Assembly: GCA_963693365.1 (NCBI GenBank)
Contig: CAVNZM010000005.1
Location: 10,251,228 to 10,315,227, forward strand
Source: Amoebidium appalachense
Taxonomy: Eukaryota; Protista; Ichthyosporea
Direction of reading: 5' to 3'
Length of the DNA: 64,000 bases
The notes below the pieces were generated by a model. It made no database searches. It had not been told where the DNA came from and saw only the letters and a program-made list of their open reading frames with translations. Both the position numbers and the translations under genes were made by a program. Position 1 is the stretch's first letter. The number at the start of each line of letters is the position of its first letter. Below, in pieces: positions 22,896 to 36,497 of the stretch.

Positions 22896-23660
22896 ACCCA
22901 CCCACCCACCCAACCCCCCGGGCACTCCCCATCCCCGTACCCTTTTCCCCGGATTCCCCGGATTCTCTTCCATCCCCCCTCTCTCCCCCCCTCCCCCCCC
23001 CCCCCCCCCCCTCCCCCCACGCGGCCCCCCTGGCCCCGCCCTTCCCCCCTCCCCCCTCTCTCACCCGCCCCTCCCTCCGGCCGGCCCATCCATTTTTCCG
23101 GCTCCCCGTGGCTACCACCACCCCTTCGATCCCCAACTAGGCCTCGACATATATTTTTAGCAAATCGGTCCTTGGTAATGGCTCTACCTAGCGTGCCCCT
23201 ACCACTAGTGCCCCATGGCCACCCCTCCATAGTACCCCTCTTAATACTCTTCAACCACAGCCGTATATTAAAGTAAGGGAGTGCTGAATTTGAAACTGGG
23301 GAGGGGGTTCGGATACTCGGGCTTTAAGATCATCATCAAATCAATACTAATTAAAAATCAATATTCATCCCCCCCTCCCCCCCCTCCCCCCCCCTCCCCC
23401 GCTAGGCCTCTCCCCCGGCCATGGCCCGGATGATCCATCAACCTGACAAATTTCCCCCCCCGGCCCCCCCCTAGGCCTCCCCCCTCCCCCCTCCGATCCC
23501 CTTCCGCCCAGGCCCGGCGACCATGGCATTTCTATGAACCGTCCCACGGCCGCCCCCCCCCCCCCCCCCCCCCCCCCGCCCGAGCCCCTGAGGCTCTATC
23601 CCTCTTTGGGTGGAGCCTACTATAAAAAACCGGTCCCAAATACTATCAATCATCCCCTTC

Positions 23661-23699
<39 letters not shown>

Positions 23700-24097
23700 C
23701 TCGCCCCCCAACCCAATGTTATTTTTCGCATAATCATCATGATTGCACGCCATTGTACCAAACAATCCCTCGCCCCCTCCTCCCCCCACCCCCTCCCCCC
23801 TCCCTCCCACCCTCCCCCTCTTCTCTATTATTCGGCTCCTCGTTCGGAGCTCACCAGGAGGCTTTGAATGGCAACCCCCTACTCGAACGGTATACGTAGA
23901 TTTGTGGATGTTATTCTGGGTGTTGCATTTGATATAGTGAGGGGGCCAGTCAGGAAGTTGGTCCGAATAAATATTTCTACGTCATACTCCCCGGCCCCTG
24001 CCCTCCTTTCCCGGACCCCCCCGACCCCCCCCCCCCCCCCCCCCCTTCCCATACGTGACTACATGTATACATATAAAAATCGGCCCATCTTGGTTCT

Positions 24098-24181
<84 letters not shown>

Positions 24182-24289
24182 CCGCTCCTGGCTCAGCCCC
24201 CACCCGCTTTCAAATCCACCACTCTCCTAGACTAGTGGTACTGCCGTGAACGTTATCTGTGTGCTAACGGGTACATTGGGGTCCCCACG

Positions 24290-24798
24290 CAGTGTCCGTT
24301 TCGCTATGACTCAAGTGGTAGCCTATGTATGGTTGGCGTCGACCTGCCTTTGCCAAGGTCATGCATGGGCAACTATTAGAATGATGTCCGACTGTCGGGA
24401 ATATTTATCACTCAGTTAGCTGCAGGCCAGGTGTGTCGGTGGTGTACTGTTACTGAGAATATTGATGCAATCAAAAAACGTGTACGTACGTGTACAACAC
24501 GTGTCACATGGGTATACTTCGAGCATACATGCATGCTGGCAGACAGTGTCCGTTTCGCTATGACTCAAGTGGTAGCCTATGTATGGTCGGCGTCGACCTG
24601 CCTTTGCCAAGGTCATGCATGGGCAACTATTAGAATGATGTCCGACTGTCGGGAATATTTATCACTCAGTTGCTGCAGGCCAGGTGTGTCGGTGGTGTAC
24701 TGTTACTGAGAATATTGATGCAATCACAAAACGTGTACGTACGTGTACAACACGTGTCACATGGGTATACTTCGAGCATACATGCATGCTGGCAGACA
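24290..24798. repeat. Tandem duplication of a 254-bp unique-sequence unit
   Basis: CAGTGTCCGTTTCGCTATGACTC starts at 24290 and 24544; few substitutions. Confidence 0.93.
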
Positions 24799-24954
24799 CT
24801 TACAATGGCCGGAGTGTGCGGGCATGATGATAATATGCGTCTGTGACAGTGGGAATGGCACCAATTTGTGCCTGTGTGTTCATGTTACAGCAGGCCACTG
24901 TGTGAGTGTCCATGCATGCGAAATTTGCGCTTGCGTACATGCTCGCACACAACA

Positions 24955-25000
<46 letters not shown>

Positions 25001-25062
25001 TGTACGTGTGTATGCATATGCTTTATGTGTGTGTTTAGGTGTGTATGTGTGTGCGCGCGCGG

Positions 25063-25422
25063 TCGTGTGTTTGTGTGTTCCTGTGTGTGTGTGTAGGTGT
25101 GTGCATGTGTGCGCGAGCTTGTGTGTGTTTCAACGGTGTTCCTGTGCCTGTGTGTCACGGTGTGTGTGTGTGTGTGTGTGTGTGTGTAGGTGTGTGTGTG
25201 CGCGCGTGTGTTTGTGTGTTCCTGTGTGTGTGTGTGTGTAGGTGTGTGCATGTGTGCGCGAGCTTGTGTGTGTTTCAACGGTGTTCCTGTGCCTGTTTGT
25301 CACGGTGTGTGTGTGTGTGTGTGTAGGTGTGTGTGTGCGCGCGTGTGTTTGTGTGTTCCTGTGTGTGTGTGTGTGTAGGTGTGTGCTTGTGTGCTCGAGC
25401 TCGTGTGTGTATCAACGGTGTT

Positions 25423-25430
<8 letters not shown>
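25063..25430. repeat. TG-based minisatellite, about 3 units
   Basis: Recurring ...GAGCTYGTGTGT...TCAACGGTGTTCCTG. Confidence 0.85.
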
Positions 25431-25459
<29 letters not shown>

Positions 25460-25944
25460 GCGTCTGTACGCACCCAGAGGTCCGTGCACCCGTGGCCAGT
25501 GGTGCTGGTTGATATGTATGCACGTGTCGGCTCTATGCCGCTGAGCAGGGCAAAGGTATGTGCACGTGCATACGTAGGATTTTTAAGAATAGTAAGAATG
25601 TAATCGTAGCAGACGCTTCACATGATCATGTCTTTATTTGCAACCCGTTTTACCTCACAGAGGCTACGGTCTCCCACCTAAGTTTTGCATCTGCACCGAG
25701 GCAGGATGAAATATTCACAATAGGCTGTAAAATAGCCAAACCACTTTATAGACAGACAGGCACATATCTGTGTGTCTGTCGGTGTGTGTGTGTGTGTGTG
25801 TGTGTGTGTATTGTGTGTGTGTGTGTGTGTGTGCACGCGCACGTGTGTGTGTGAAAGGACGAGTGTGTGTGTGTGCATGTGTGCGTGTCTGTTGCGTGTA
25901 TGTGTGCGCGGGTGGGCATGCATGTGTGTTGCCACGGTGTCTGT

Positions 25945-25980
<36 letters not shown>

Positions 25981-26071
25981 ATATGTGTGCGTGTGTGTGT
26001 GTATGCACGCGCGCGTGCTTGTGTGTAATTGTATGTGTGCGTGTATTTGTGTGCTGTGTGTGCGCGCGCCC

Positions 26072-26126
<55 letters not shown>

Positions 26127-26502
26127 ATTTCGATGTGGGTGTTCGTGCAAGCTGACGTAGCCTATATGAGCGAGTGTGTTTGCATGTACTTGTGTTATCA
26201 ATTTCAGCTCTTCTGCACTGGCCAATCAATACACACACACGAGCACAAACAGGCATATATACACAATACGAGCATGGGCGCACGGATGCCGCATACACAC
26301 ACGTACACACACATGCACACATGTACGCACGCACACACACATATATCTGTGTATGTCTCTCTCTCTCGCTCTGTGTGTGTGTGTAAGGGAGAGAGAGCAT
26401 AGAGAGGGGGGAGGCGTGGGGTGGGAGGGAGAGATGCAAAAAGATGATGCAGACACAAGCAACAAGAGAGCGAAGAACAGGATATGGATCAAACTAATAG
26501 GG

Positions 26503-26537
<35 letters not shown>

Positions 26538-26722
26538 GGGTGTGCGTGTGTGTGTGTGTGTTTGGGGGGGGGGGGGGGGGGATGTGATTATGGGAGCCAT
26601 GGGTTGTATGGGAATAGGCAATAGAAGTGCGACCATTGGGTGAGGAGGGAGAGGGGACAGGGATATTGGGGATGGGGAGAGACTCGTGCCCAGGAGAGAA
26701 AATGGGCAGGGGGAGAGGGCGG

Positions 26723-26759
<37 letters not shown>

Positions 26760-27109
26760 TGGGGTTGCTGTGCGTGTGTGTGGGTCTTTGTGTGTGCACA
26801 AGTATTTAAGTATATGCCTTGTCTGTGTGCATGCGAAGAGGCAGGAACACACGCTTCTTTGGGCAAAGTAGCAGGCTGCAGCCGTCTGTGGTCGTGCAAA
26901 GTGCTTCTGGAGACACCGTAATTGTGCACATGCACAGGCAACGTTGTAGGTGTCAACTCTGTGCAAAAAAGTTGGTGTGTGTGTGCGTGTGTTTGTATGT
27001 ATTTGTGTGCTATTGTGTACGTGTGTGTGTGCGTGTGTGTGCGTCTGTGTGTGTGTCCACGTGTCCGTGTGTGTAAGAGTGTGTTATATGTACGTGTGTA
27101 TACGTCACG

Positions 27110-27144
<35 letters not shown>

Positions 27145-27484
27145 TGTGCATGCATGTGTGTGTGCATGTCTACGTAAAGTGCAAGCCCGTGTCTACATGT
27201 GCGTGTATGCGTGCGGTGTGTGTGTGTTTGTGGTTGTGTATGTGTGTGTGTGTGTGTGGTAGTGTGTGTGGGTGTACATGTTTTGGGGGATCACGGTAAA
27301 GCCCATGCACAAAGTGCTTGGTAAGATTCAAGCCAATCCCAAGATGGTGCTTACTGCCCCCTCTCCCCCCCCCCCCTCCCCCCCAAACACCGAAACGAAA
27401 ACAACAAATCCTTTCTTTTTTCTTTTCGGCTCTTTTTTAGTTCCGCTCGGAGTAAACTCACTAACATGCCACTCTACGCTTGCT

Positions 27485-27589
<105 letters not shown>

Positions 27590-27643
27590 GCTTGCATGTA
27601 CATTGTGTGCTGCTGTTTGCTCTAATGCTTGCGCTTGCTTGTG

Positions 27644-27674
<31 letters not shown>

Positions 27675-27799
27675 TGTATGTGTGTGACTGTGTGTGCGCA
27701 CGTACTACCGCCCGTATATATACCGGCTTGGTATCCAGTAAAGCTTTTGGGTGTGGGAATAAGGGGGAGCAGGGGGGAGGAGGAGGCAGGGCGGACAGT

Positions 27800-27838
<39 letters not shown>

Positions 27839-27865
27839 CTGGGGGAGCAAGGGGTATGATCATAC

Positions 27866-27964
27866 CCGATCTTCAGTGTTTACGTGTGCACCACAGTCCA
27901 GTAGTTCCTTTAAAAGGTGACTGTCGGGTAGACTGGCAGACACGTGCAGAGCAGTGACACCGTA
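27866..27964 (-). CDS. Ankyrin-repeat exon (99 nt, phase 0-0)
   Basis: cacacag|[33 protein letters not shown]|gtatga; 33 aa matching the ankyrin consensus GxTxLH...LLxxGAxVNxxD. Confidence 0.88.
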
Positions 27965-28247
27965 CTGTGTGTGTACGAGTGTTTGTGTACGTGTGTACGT
28001 GTGTGTACGTGTGTGTGTGTGTACATGTGTGTGTGTGTGAACGTGTGTGTACATGTGTGTCACGATGTGCGTGTGTGCTTGTGTGTGTGTGCGTACATGT
28101 GTGTGTTCATGTGTGTGTGTGTGTGCGTGTGTACATGTACGTGTGTGCGTGTGTACGTGTGTGTATTTGTGTGTGCGCACATGTATATGAGCCACTGTGT
28201 GTGCCTATGCATGTGTGGTTCTGCTCTGGCTTGTGTGGACTTTGCCT

Positions 28248-28311
<64 letters not shown>

Positions 28312-28313
<2 letters not shown>

Positions 28314-28594
28314 TGAATGCGGAACACAGTACGAAGTACGCATACACGATGAGAAGCATGGTGCAGGACACATGCAAAGGCAAACATTCAAGTATGCAGC
28401 ATCAGCCATGCGCACAGTATGCGTCATAAGCAGAGCCCATCCTCAGGGAGGGCCCAAGTCATCAATTGCGTCTGAGTTTCGACCCCTTAGCCCGCGTATA
28501 TACGACGCTCCAACTCAGACAGCAGCATCAACTGAACTTGGGTGGGTCAACCCGTCTTGATCAAAGACGAGCAGGGTTGCTTATGCAAGCAAGG
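28312..28594 (-). repeat. Structured dispersed repeat, copy A (full length); truncated near-identical copy B at 28764-28910
   Basis: Reverse complement aligns to 56252-56498 through CATAAGCAACCCTGCTCGTC, GATCAAGACGGG, TCTGAGTTGG, GGTCGAAACTC, CTGAGGATGGGCTCTGCTTAT, GTACTTCGTAC and GCATTCAA plus poly-C. Confidence 0.9.
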
Positions 28595-29464
28595 TGAGCA
28601 AAACGGTGAAGATGTATGTGCAAACTAATGCAGTGCAGCGACAAACGCGTATGTGCTTACAGATGCACGACACAGAGCAACCATGCCCGGTTGCATGGAA
28701 GTAAAGATGTCTCCACACAGTGGTCTGTCCTGAAAGGACACCTCTGAAAGAAGACAGGGGGGGTTTTGAATGCGGAACACAGTACGAAGTACGCATACAC
28801 GATGAGAAGCATGGTGCAGGACACATGCAAAGGCAAACATTCAAGTATGCAGCATCAGCCATGCGCACAGTATGCGTCATAAGCAGAGCCCATCCTCAGG
28901 GAGGGCCCAAGGGGGGGGGGGGGGGCGAAAAGGGCAGAGGGAGAGGTGGTGGAGGAAGGTTGGTTGGGGAGGGAACTATAAAAAAAATAAAAAAAAGAGG
29001 GGGGGGGGGGGGGGGGGGGGTTACTATCACCACCACCAGATCTAGTCATGTGCACAGGCTGGAGTGACCATATTGAACAAACCGCTATCGCCACATTAGG
29101 GCAAAAAATACGGGCATTTCCTGTATGTTACCGGTTTACCCGTTTTCGGGTCGGGTTTCAATACCTTTGTTTAGGTACACCTTGATATGGGTCAGGTGTC
29201 TGAGTTCCGGGTCGGGCCAGACAATATGTAGTGACCATATCAAGAGTGGACAATATCGGATTGGGAGTGTGGCAGGGAAGGGAGGCACGGAGAGGCGGCG
29301 GCCTGGGGGGCGAGGGGAGGGGTAGGGGGGGAGTGCGAGAGAGAGTGATAGGAGAGGGAGGCGGGGAGGAAGGGGTGGGGTGGCAGGGAAATAAAAAGAG
29401 AGAGGAGATTAGTGGAAAGGGGAGAAGAAAAGACGGAGGGAAGGGCGGGCGGGGCGGGGCGGGG

Positions 29465-29504
<40 letters not shown>

Positions 29505-29517
29505 AACGGGGGCATAC

Positions 29518-29616
29518 CAGGTCGGTAGCGTTCACGTTTACTGTGTGGCATTTAAGGAAGGCCCACATTTCATGGCTCTGCTGACGAACTACTAGTTGCA
29601 CCACTGGTTCACCCAT
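29518..29616 (-). CDS. Degenerate ankyrin-repeat exon (99 nt, phase 0-0), probably the same gene
   Basis: ttttaatgcag|MGEPVVQLVVRQQSHEMWAFLKCHTVNVNATDL|gtatgc; 33 aa. Confidence 0.7.
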
Positions 29617-29902
29617 CTGCATTAAAAAGATATAAAAATTAAAAAATAGCAAAGGACCGGGTGTTAAAAGTTATGTATTAAAAAGACAGGAAGTTCTGTT
29701 TGGAGAAAGCATATGCTATGTCACAAGTATGCATTATTTTTTAGCTTAGAAGAATGATATGTAATTGGAAATTTTATTGAATGTCTCAGTGGCTAGGATG
29801 AAGACATACCAACTGATATTCGAGCATTGCCAATGTCTTTGTTTTCGAATTATCAGACACAGCACTACTCGTTCCCGACCTCTCCCTCCCTCTTTCTCGT
29901 CC

Positions 29903-29937
<35 letters not shown>

Positions 29938-30928
29938 TCCCCCCTCCCCACTTCCCAAAGTTCCCCCGGGCAGGGGAGGAGGAGGAGGGGGAGGGGGGGG
30001 GGGGGTATGCCACAATGGCGACCCCCCCCCCCCCCAAACCCCCTTCGAGTTTCCAGTTCCTTCCGTCTTCCTCCTTTTTGACGATAAACAGACAACAACT
30101 ACATTTACACACATTTGCAGTTGCCCCCGTCCACCCTTTCCCCTCCCCCCTTCGAGGGGATATTAAAATCATCCCACCCCCCAAAAAATTACAAAAAGAA
30201 AGGTGCCAGAAGAATGCAACTTCCTGCATATCTATGTCTATAGGTGTTCTGAGAGAAGAGAGAGAGAAAGAGAGAGGGAGCGGAGGCAGGGAGGGGACGA
30301 GGGGGGAGGGAGGGACAGGGGGAGAGAGAGAAAGAGGGAGAGAGAGGGGGGGGGGGGGGGGGGGGGGGAGGGGGGGGGGGGGGGAAGAGGAAGGGATGGA
30401 GGAAAAAGGGAGGGAAGGAAAAATAGAGAGTTGGCGGGGGGATGGGAGGAGAGCGAGAGATAGAGAGCGAGAGAGAGGGAAGGGAGGGGGGCTAAGCGGA
30501 AAAGGGAGGGAGGGAGGGAAGGTCGGTAGATCATCTGAGAGAGAAAGAGACAGACAGGGAGGGGGGGGGAGAAGGGGAGGAGGAGGGGAAGGACAGGGGG
30601 GAAAAAGGTAGGAAGAAGCAAGAGAGGAAATGAGGAGAGGGCAAGGGGAAAAGTGTGCCCTAGGGAGGGGGTTGAAAAATGAGAGAGAGAGAGAGAGAGG
30701 GAATGAGAGAGACACGGAGAGTGGGAGGGAGGGAGGGAGGGAGGGAAGGAGAGGAGGGAGCAAGGGAGAGAAGGGGAGAGAGGGAGGGAGAGAGGAAAAG
30801 AAGAAGGAAGGGGAGAAGATGAAGGGAGGGAGGAACGGAAATGGAGGGAGGGAAAGAGGGGGACGGTGTGAGAGAGAAAAAAAAGAAGTGGAGGGAGAGA
30901 AAGAGAGAGACTCTCTAGAGGGGGGGTT

Positions 30929-30980
<52 letters not shown>

Positions 30981-31497
30981 GAGAGAGAAAAGGAGACTGA
31001 GAAGGTGAGAGCTACAGTAGAGCGAGAGAGGGGAGAGAGAGAGAGAGAAAGAAAGAGAGAGAGACGGAGAGAGAGAGGGAGTGAGAGAGAGAGAGTGAGA
31101 GAGAGAGGAAGGGGGAGGGAAAGAGAGGGAGACGAAGAGGGAGAGGGAGAGGGAGAGGGAGAGAAGAGGGGGGGGGGGGGGGGGGGGGTGGGGGAGAAGT
31201 AAGGCGTGAGGAGAGCAGGGAAAGGGGGGGGGGGGAGGGGGGGGGGGGGGGGGGGGGCAACACCCACCCACACAACTAGTATAGGTGTCTGTGTAAGATT
31301 GGCTGCAGAAAAGCTTGCTGCTGCAGAAGCTGTTTTGAATGCTGGTGCGATTGTTCTATTGTTCTGGCACACCTGCACAAATGAGCAGTGTAAGAAGTTT
31401 AGTGCCCGTGTGACTCTGGTCGTACATGAATGACTGCACGAAAGAGCAAGAAACCCTATCAAACCGTGTGTGCATACAGTGTGTGTGTGTGTGTGTG

Positions 31498-31599
<102 letters not shown>

Positions 31600-31607
31600 T
31601 GTGTGTG

Positions 31608-31657
31608 TGTCCACATGCGCATGTCTGTCTTTGTGTGTGTGTATGTGTGTGTGTGTC

Positions 31658-31690
<33 letters not shown>

Positions 31691-31731
31691 ACATGCGCAT
31701 GTCTGTCTTTGTGTGTGTCTTTGTGTGTGTC

Positions 31732-31804
<73 letters not shown>

Positions 31805-31957
31805 GTGTGTTTGTGTGTGTGTGTGTGTGTGTCCACATGCGCATGTCTGTCTTTGTGTGTGTGTGTGTGTGTGTGTGTCTTTGTGCGTGTGTGTGTCTTT
31901 GTGTGTGTGTGTGTCCACATGCGCATGTCTGTCTTTGTGTGTGTGTGTGTGTGTCTT

Positions 31958-31988
<31 letters not shown>

Positions 31989-32019
31989 CCACATGCGCAT
32001 GTCTGTCTTTGTGTGTGTC

Positions 32020-32056
<37 letters not shown>

Positions 32057-32127
32057 ATGTGTGTGTGTAAGTGTGTGTTTGTGTGTCTTTGTGTGTGTGT
32101 GTGTGTTCACATGCGCATGTGTGTCTT

Positions 32128-32164
<37 letters not shown>

Positions 32165-32260
32165 ACATGTGCATGTGTGTCTTTGTGTGTGTGTGTGTGT
32201 GTGTGCATGTGTGTGTCTGTGTATGTGCATGTGTGTGTGTGACCACATGCGCATGTGTGT
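31608..32260. repeat. Minisatellite GTCCACATGCGCATGTCTGTCTTT(GT)n, 5 exact and about 3 degenerate units
   Basis: Direct reading. Confidence 0.9.
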
Positions 32261-32271
32261 CTGTGTGTGTG

Positions 32272-32307
<36 letters not shown>

Positions 32308-32435
32308 CGTGTGTGTGTGTGTGTGCGTACGTGCACGTGTATGTGTGCGTGCGGGGGCATAAGCGTGTGTTATCTTACTAACGAGAATATAAGGTTTATG
32401 GGAATTTAGAGAGTGAAAAGGATTTTTCGACCTCT

Positions 32436-32466
<31 letters not shown>

Positions 32467-32857
32467 TAGGTAGAGCTGGTAGCTCATGCACGTGTATGTT
32501 TTTTGTGTGGCTTGTTGAGTGCGTGTTCGTGATGATGGGGTGGTTGGCAGCAGCAATGGGCACTTGACGAACTACAAATTATGAATTTTTGCCTTTTTGC
32601 ATGACGATATTTTCTTTGTATGATAGGAAGCAGTAGCATCCCGCAGTAGAGACTACAAACCTTGCCGTGGCACTGTGTTAGCTGGAGAGCCCCCGGCAAG
32701 GAAACCGTGGCAGCCAATCCTGTACAAGCAGTAACATGAGTGTGTCTGGTAGTGTGTGCTTGTCCGGGGGGCAGGAGGGGGGGAAAGGGAGGTAGACGGT
32801 GGGAGAGGTAGGGGGAGGGACAGTCCATATGAATGTATTGAATAGTTCCCACCGCCT

Positions 32858-32912
<55 letters not shown>

Positions 32913-33052
32913 TGTGTTTGTGTGTGTGTCTGTCCCTATCTCTCTCTCTCTGTGTGTGTGTATGTGTGTATGTTTGTGTGGGTGTGTGTGTGTGTGTGTG
33001 TGTGTGTCTGTCTGTCCCTATCTCTCTCTCTCTCTCTCTGTGTATGTGTGTA

Positions 33053-33102
<50 letters not shown>

Positions 33103-33817
33103 TGTCCCTATCTCTCTCTGTCTCTCTCTGTGTATGTGTGTATGTTTGTGTGGGTGTATGTGTGGGCGCGGCCACAGGCGGATTTGTTGGCGTGTTTGTA
33201 TGTGTTGAAAGGGGAAAGGGAGAGGAGAGGACTGGGCGAGGATCTGGATTACTCAAGCAGGAAGGATAGATGTAGGGCTTGCGGTTGACATATAGATATC
33301 TGGGGGGAAAGGAGAGGGCTACGGTGCTGTGTACTCTAGCAATCTGCACTGCATTTTGATCTGGTACTCAAAAAATTGAATATGGCAATCCTTAAACAAC
33401 TACTACAGAACGGGTTGGCCTCGCCCCCTCCACCCCCTCCCCCTCCTCCCTCCCCGAGCAGCATGGGATCTTGGACAAGTGGGGAAAGAGGGTGACGGGA
33501 GGGAGGAGATGTGTCCTGGCAGAGCGCCCGGAGACGCTGGTAAGTTCGTCGTGTTGACTCCATCCATCCCTTGCGCGCACACACACACACACAGCATACA
33601 CACACACTACCTACATATACACACCTCCAGGCACACACGCACACACACACATACACACACGCGCGCGCCTCCCCCCCCCCCCCCCCCCCCCCCCCCACAC
33701 ACACACATACAAACCCATACACCCACCAACAACAACCCACAACCACCCACACGTACACCCAAACTTGACACTCGCACATAATATCCCCCCCCCCCCCCCT
33801 CTACACACACACACACA

Positions 33818-33851
<34 letters not shown>

Positions 33852-36288
33852 ACACACGCACACACGCACACACACGTGCGTGATCGAACCGATCTTGCCC
33901 CCCACCAACATGCAAACTGTGGCATTCCCCCCTGATACCCATCTGTTTTCTCATTACAAAGGCACGCATATACAGTTCTATTCACCACAAGGACACACAC
34001 CTGCATTTGTAGACTGTGGCTCGGTCATGGCATACATGTGGCAAAAGCAGAGAGGGAACTCCATGCTACATCAATCCTGGAGAAATGTGGTCAGGAGTAG
34101 CGTGCTGCATTTAGGTGTGCTGGCCAGAATGGAGGGTAGGGGGTGAAAGATAATCTATTAAAAACTATTGCATGGGGGAAGAGAGCAACAGTTCATGCAA
34201 CGCAGAGGCAATGGAACATAGTCTAACCAGGGGGGTCCGTGTAAAAGAGTGCATGATTGGTTACAGGTGGGGGTTAACAAGGAAACAACAGACGGGAGAA
34301 ATGCGCAGTGCTGACTGTAGTCCATTGGTAGGGTTTGATTGGGTTTGGTGGTGGTGGTGGTGGTGGAGGGGAGGGTGGAGGGGAGCTGCGGGGAAGGAGA
34401 GATATAACGATAGACAAAAGACGGACAGAGACAAAAAGGGCAGGTGGACAGAGGTGGCGGGGCTCAACGAGTAACAAGGAAAAGGAGGGTAGGAGGGTAG
34501 GGGCAAACGATGATGTGAAGTTAAGGTCAACACAGAATGAAGATACCAAAAAGGAATGGCAGCTGACCGTGGACTCGTACGAACTTGAGCACAACAAGCA
34601 TGGCCCTACACAGTACACAAACTCATTTGGTGTGCTCTCACACGCACACGCACAAAATTTGAGCTGCTTTCACAGTCTTGTGAATGCATGGGCACCTGCC
34701 CGCCATGGTATCTGCAAACCCACACACATACACAATATCCCCCCCCCCCCCCCCCCCCCCCCCCCAACACACGCACACGCACGCAGTGAAACAAAACAGA
34801 CACAGAGACACACAAACCGCACAAGCACACACAAATGCACACACACACACACCCACAAACGGAAGAAGACCAGCACACACCTGGGAAGGAGTAGCTCAGC
34901 ACCTGTTAAATGGGCAACCCCGGCGCATGCACACCACAGACCTACTCCACCCAGCACCAGCATGGCATCAAGAACTTGATGTTTGGTTGACTACGCCTTG
35001 TCCGGAAAGAAGAAATAGATGAACCCTGTACTTATTTGCACATGTGTGGTGGTTGTGTGGTTGTGTGTATGGGTGGTTGAGTGGGTGGGTGGGTGGGTCG
35101 TAGGTGGGTGGTTGTGTGGATGATTGTGTGGATGGGTGTCTAGGTGGGTTGGTGATGGTGTCGGGGTGTGTGTGTGTGTGTGTTTGGGTGGGTGTGTCTC
35201 TCTCTGTGTGTGTGTTTGTGTGTGTGGGTAGTTGTGTAGGTTATTGGGTGTGTGTGTGGGCAGGTGTGGGTGGATGTGTGGGTGGGTCCATGTGAATGGG
35301 TCAATGGGTGTGTGGGTGGGTGTATGGTTGAGTCGTCGTATGGGTAGGTGATTGAATGGGTGGGTGCGTGAGCAGTTGGTTTGGTGGGTGGGTGTGCGGG
35401 TGGGTACATGGGTGTGTGTGTGGGTGTAGGTTGGTGAAACGTTGTGTAAATAATCGTGTAGGGGGGTCTGTGTGTAGGTGGATGCTTATGCGGCTGGGTG
35501 ATTGTGTGAATGGGTGTGCCGGTGTGTGGGTGTGCGGGTGATTGTGTGTGTGTGTGTGTGTGTGTTGTGTGGGTGAATGTACGGGTGTGAGGGTGATGTT
35601 GCGGGTGTGTGGGAGGGTGTATGGGGGGGGGGGGGGGGGGGTTAGATTGGAGGGAAGAGGAGGGTGGGGGGGGGGGAGGGGGGGGAGGGGAGAAGGAAGG
35701 AGGGGAAGCAGGAAAGAACGATTGATGCACAGAAAAGAGCTATTTAGGAGAAAACGATGGGAAAGGAGGGGGTTGATTGTGCGGGTGTGTGGGTGATTGT
35801 GTGGGTGGGTGCCGTGCCTGTGGGTGGCTGTGTGTGTGGGTGGCTATGCAGGTGGTTGGGTGTGGGAGTGGGTGTGGGTGTGAGTGGGTGTGGGAGTGAA
35901 TAAGTGTGGGTGGGTGGGTGGATTGGGGGATGGAGTGTGGGGGTGGTTGGTTGTGAGGGTGGATGGGTATATGAGCGTGGCTGTGATTGGGTGGTTGTGT
36001 GGGTAGGTGTATGGTTAGGTATGTGGGTGGGTGTGTAGATGGGTGGGTGTGGAGGTGGCTGGGTGTGCGCCGTTGGATAGTCATGTGGGTAATTGTGTGG
36101 GTGAATGTGGTAATTGTGTGGGTGAATATGTGGGTAGGAGGTTGTGTGGGTGGATGGTAGGTGATGGTGTATGTGGGTGTCACATTGTGTGTGTGTGTGT
36201 GTGTGTATGTATGTGTGTGGGTGATTGTGTGGGTGATTGTGTATGTGGGTGTGTCATTGTGTGGGCATGAGGGAGGGAGGGTGGGTGG

Positions 36289-36337
<49 letters not shown>

Positions 36338-36462
36338 GGTGGGTAGTTGTGTAGGTTTTTGGGTGCGTGGGTGGGTGGGCGTGTGAGTGGGTGGTTGGGT
36401 GGGTTGGTGTTCGGGAGGGTATGTGCATGGGTGGGTGGGTCTGAGAATGGGTCGTTGTTTGA

Positions 36463-36497
<35 letters not shown>

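Noticed and set aside
29096-29220. hAT-like remnant (TAGGG start, CGGGTCGGG motifs)
   Set aside because: No matching second TIR or 8-bp TSD found.
34527-35026. Possible minus-strand exon pair encoding a hydrophobic peptide (...LLLPR|AMLVVLKF...)
   Set aside because: Splice phases fit but the upstream exon has stops in all three frames; not supportable without RNA data.
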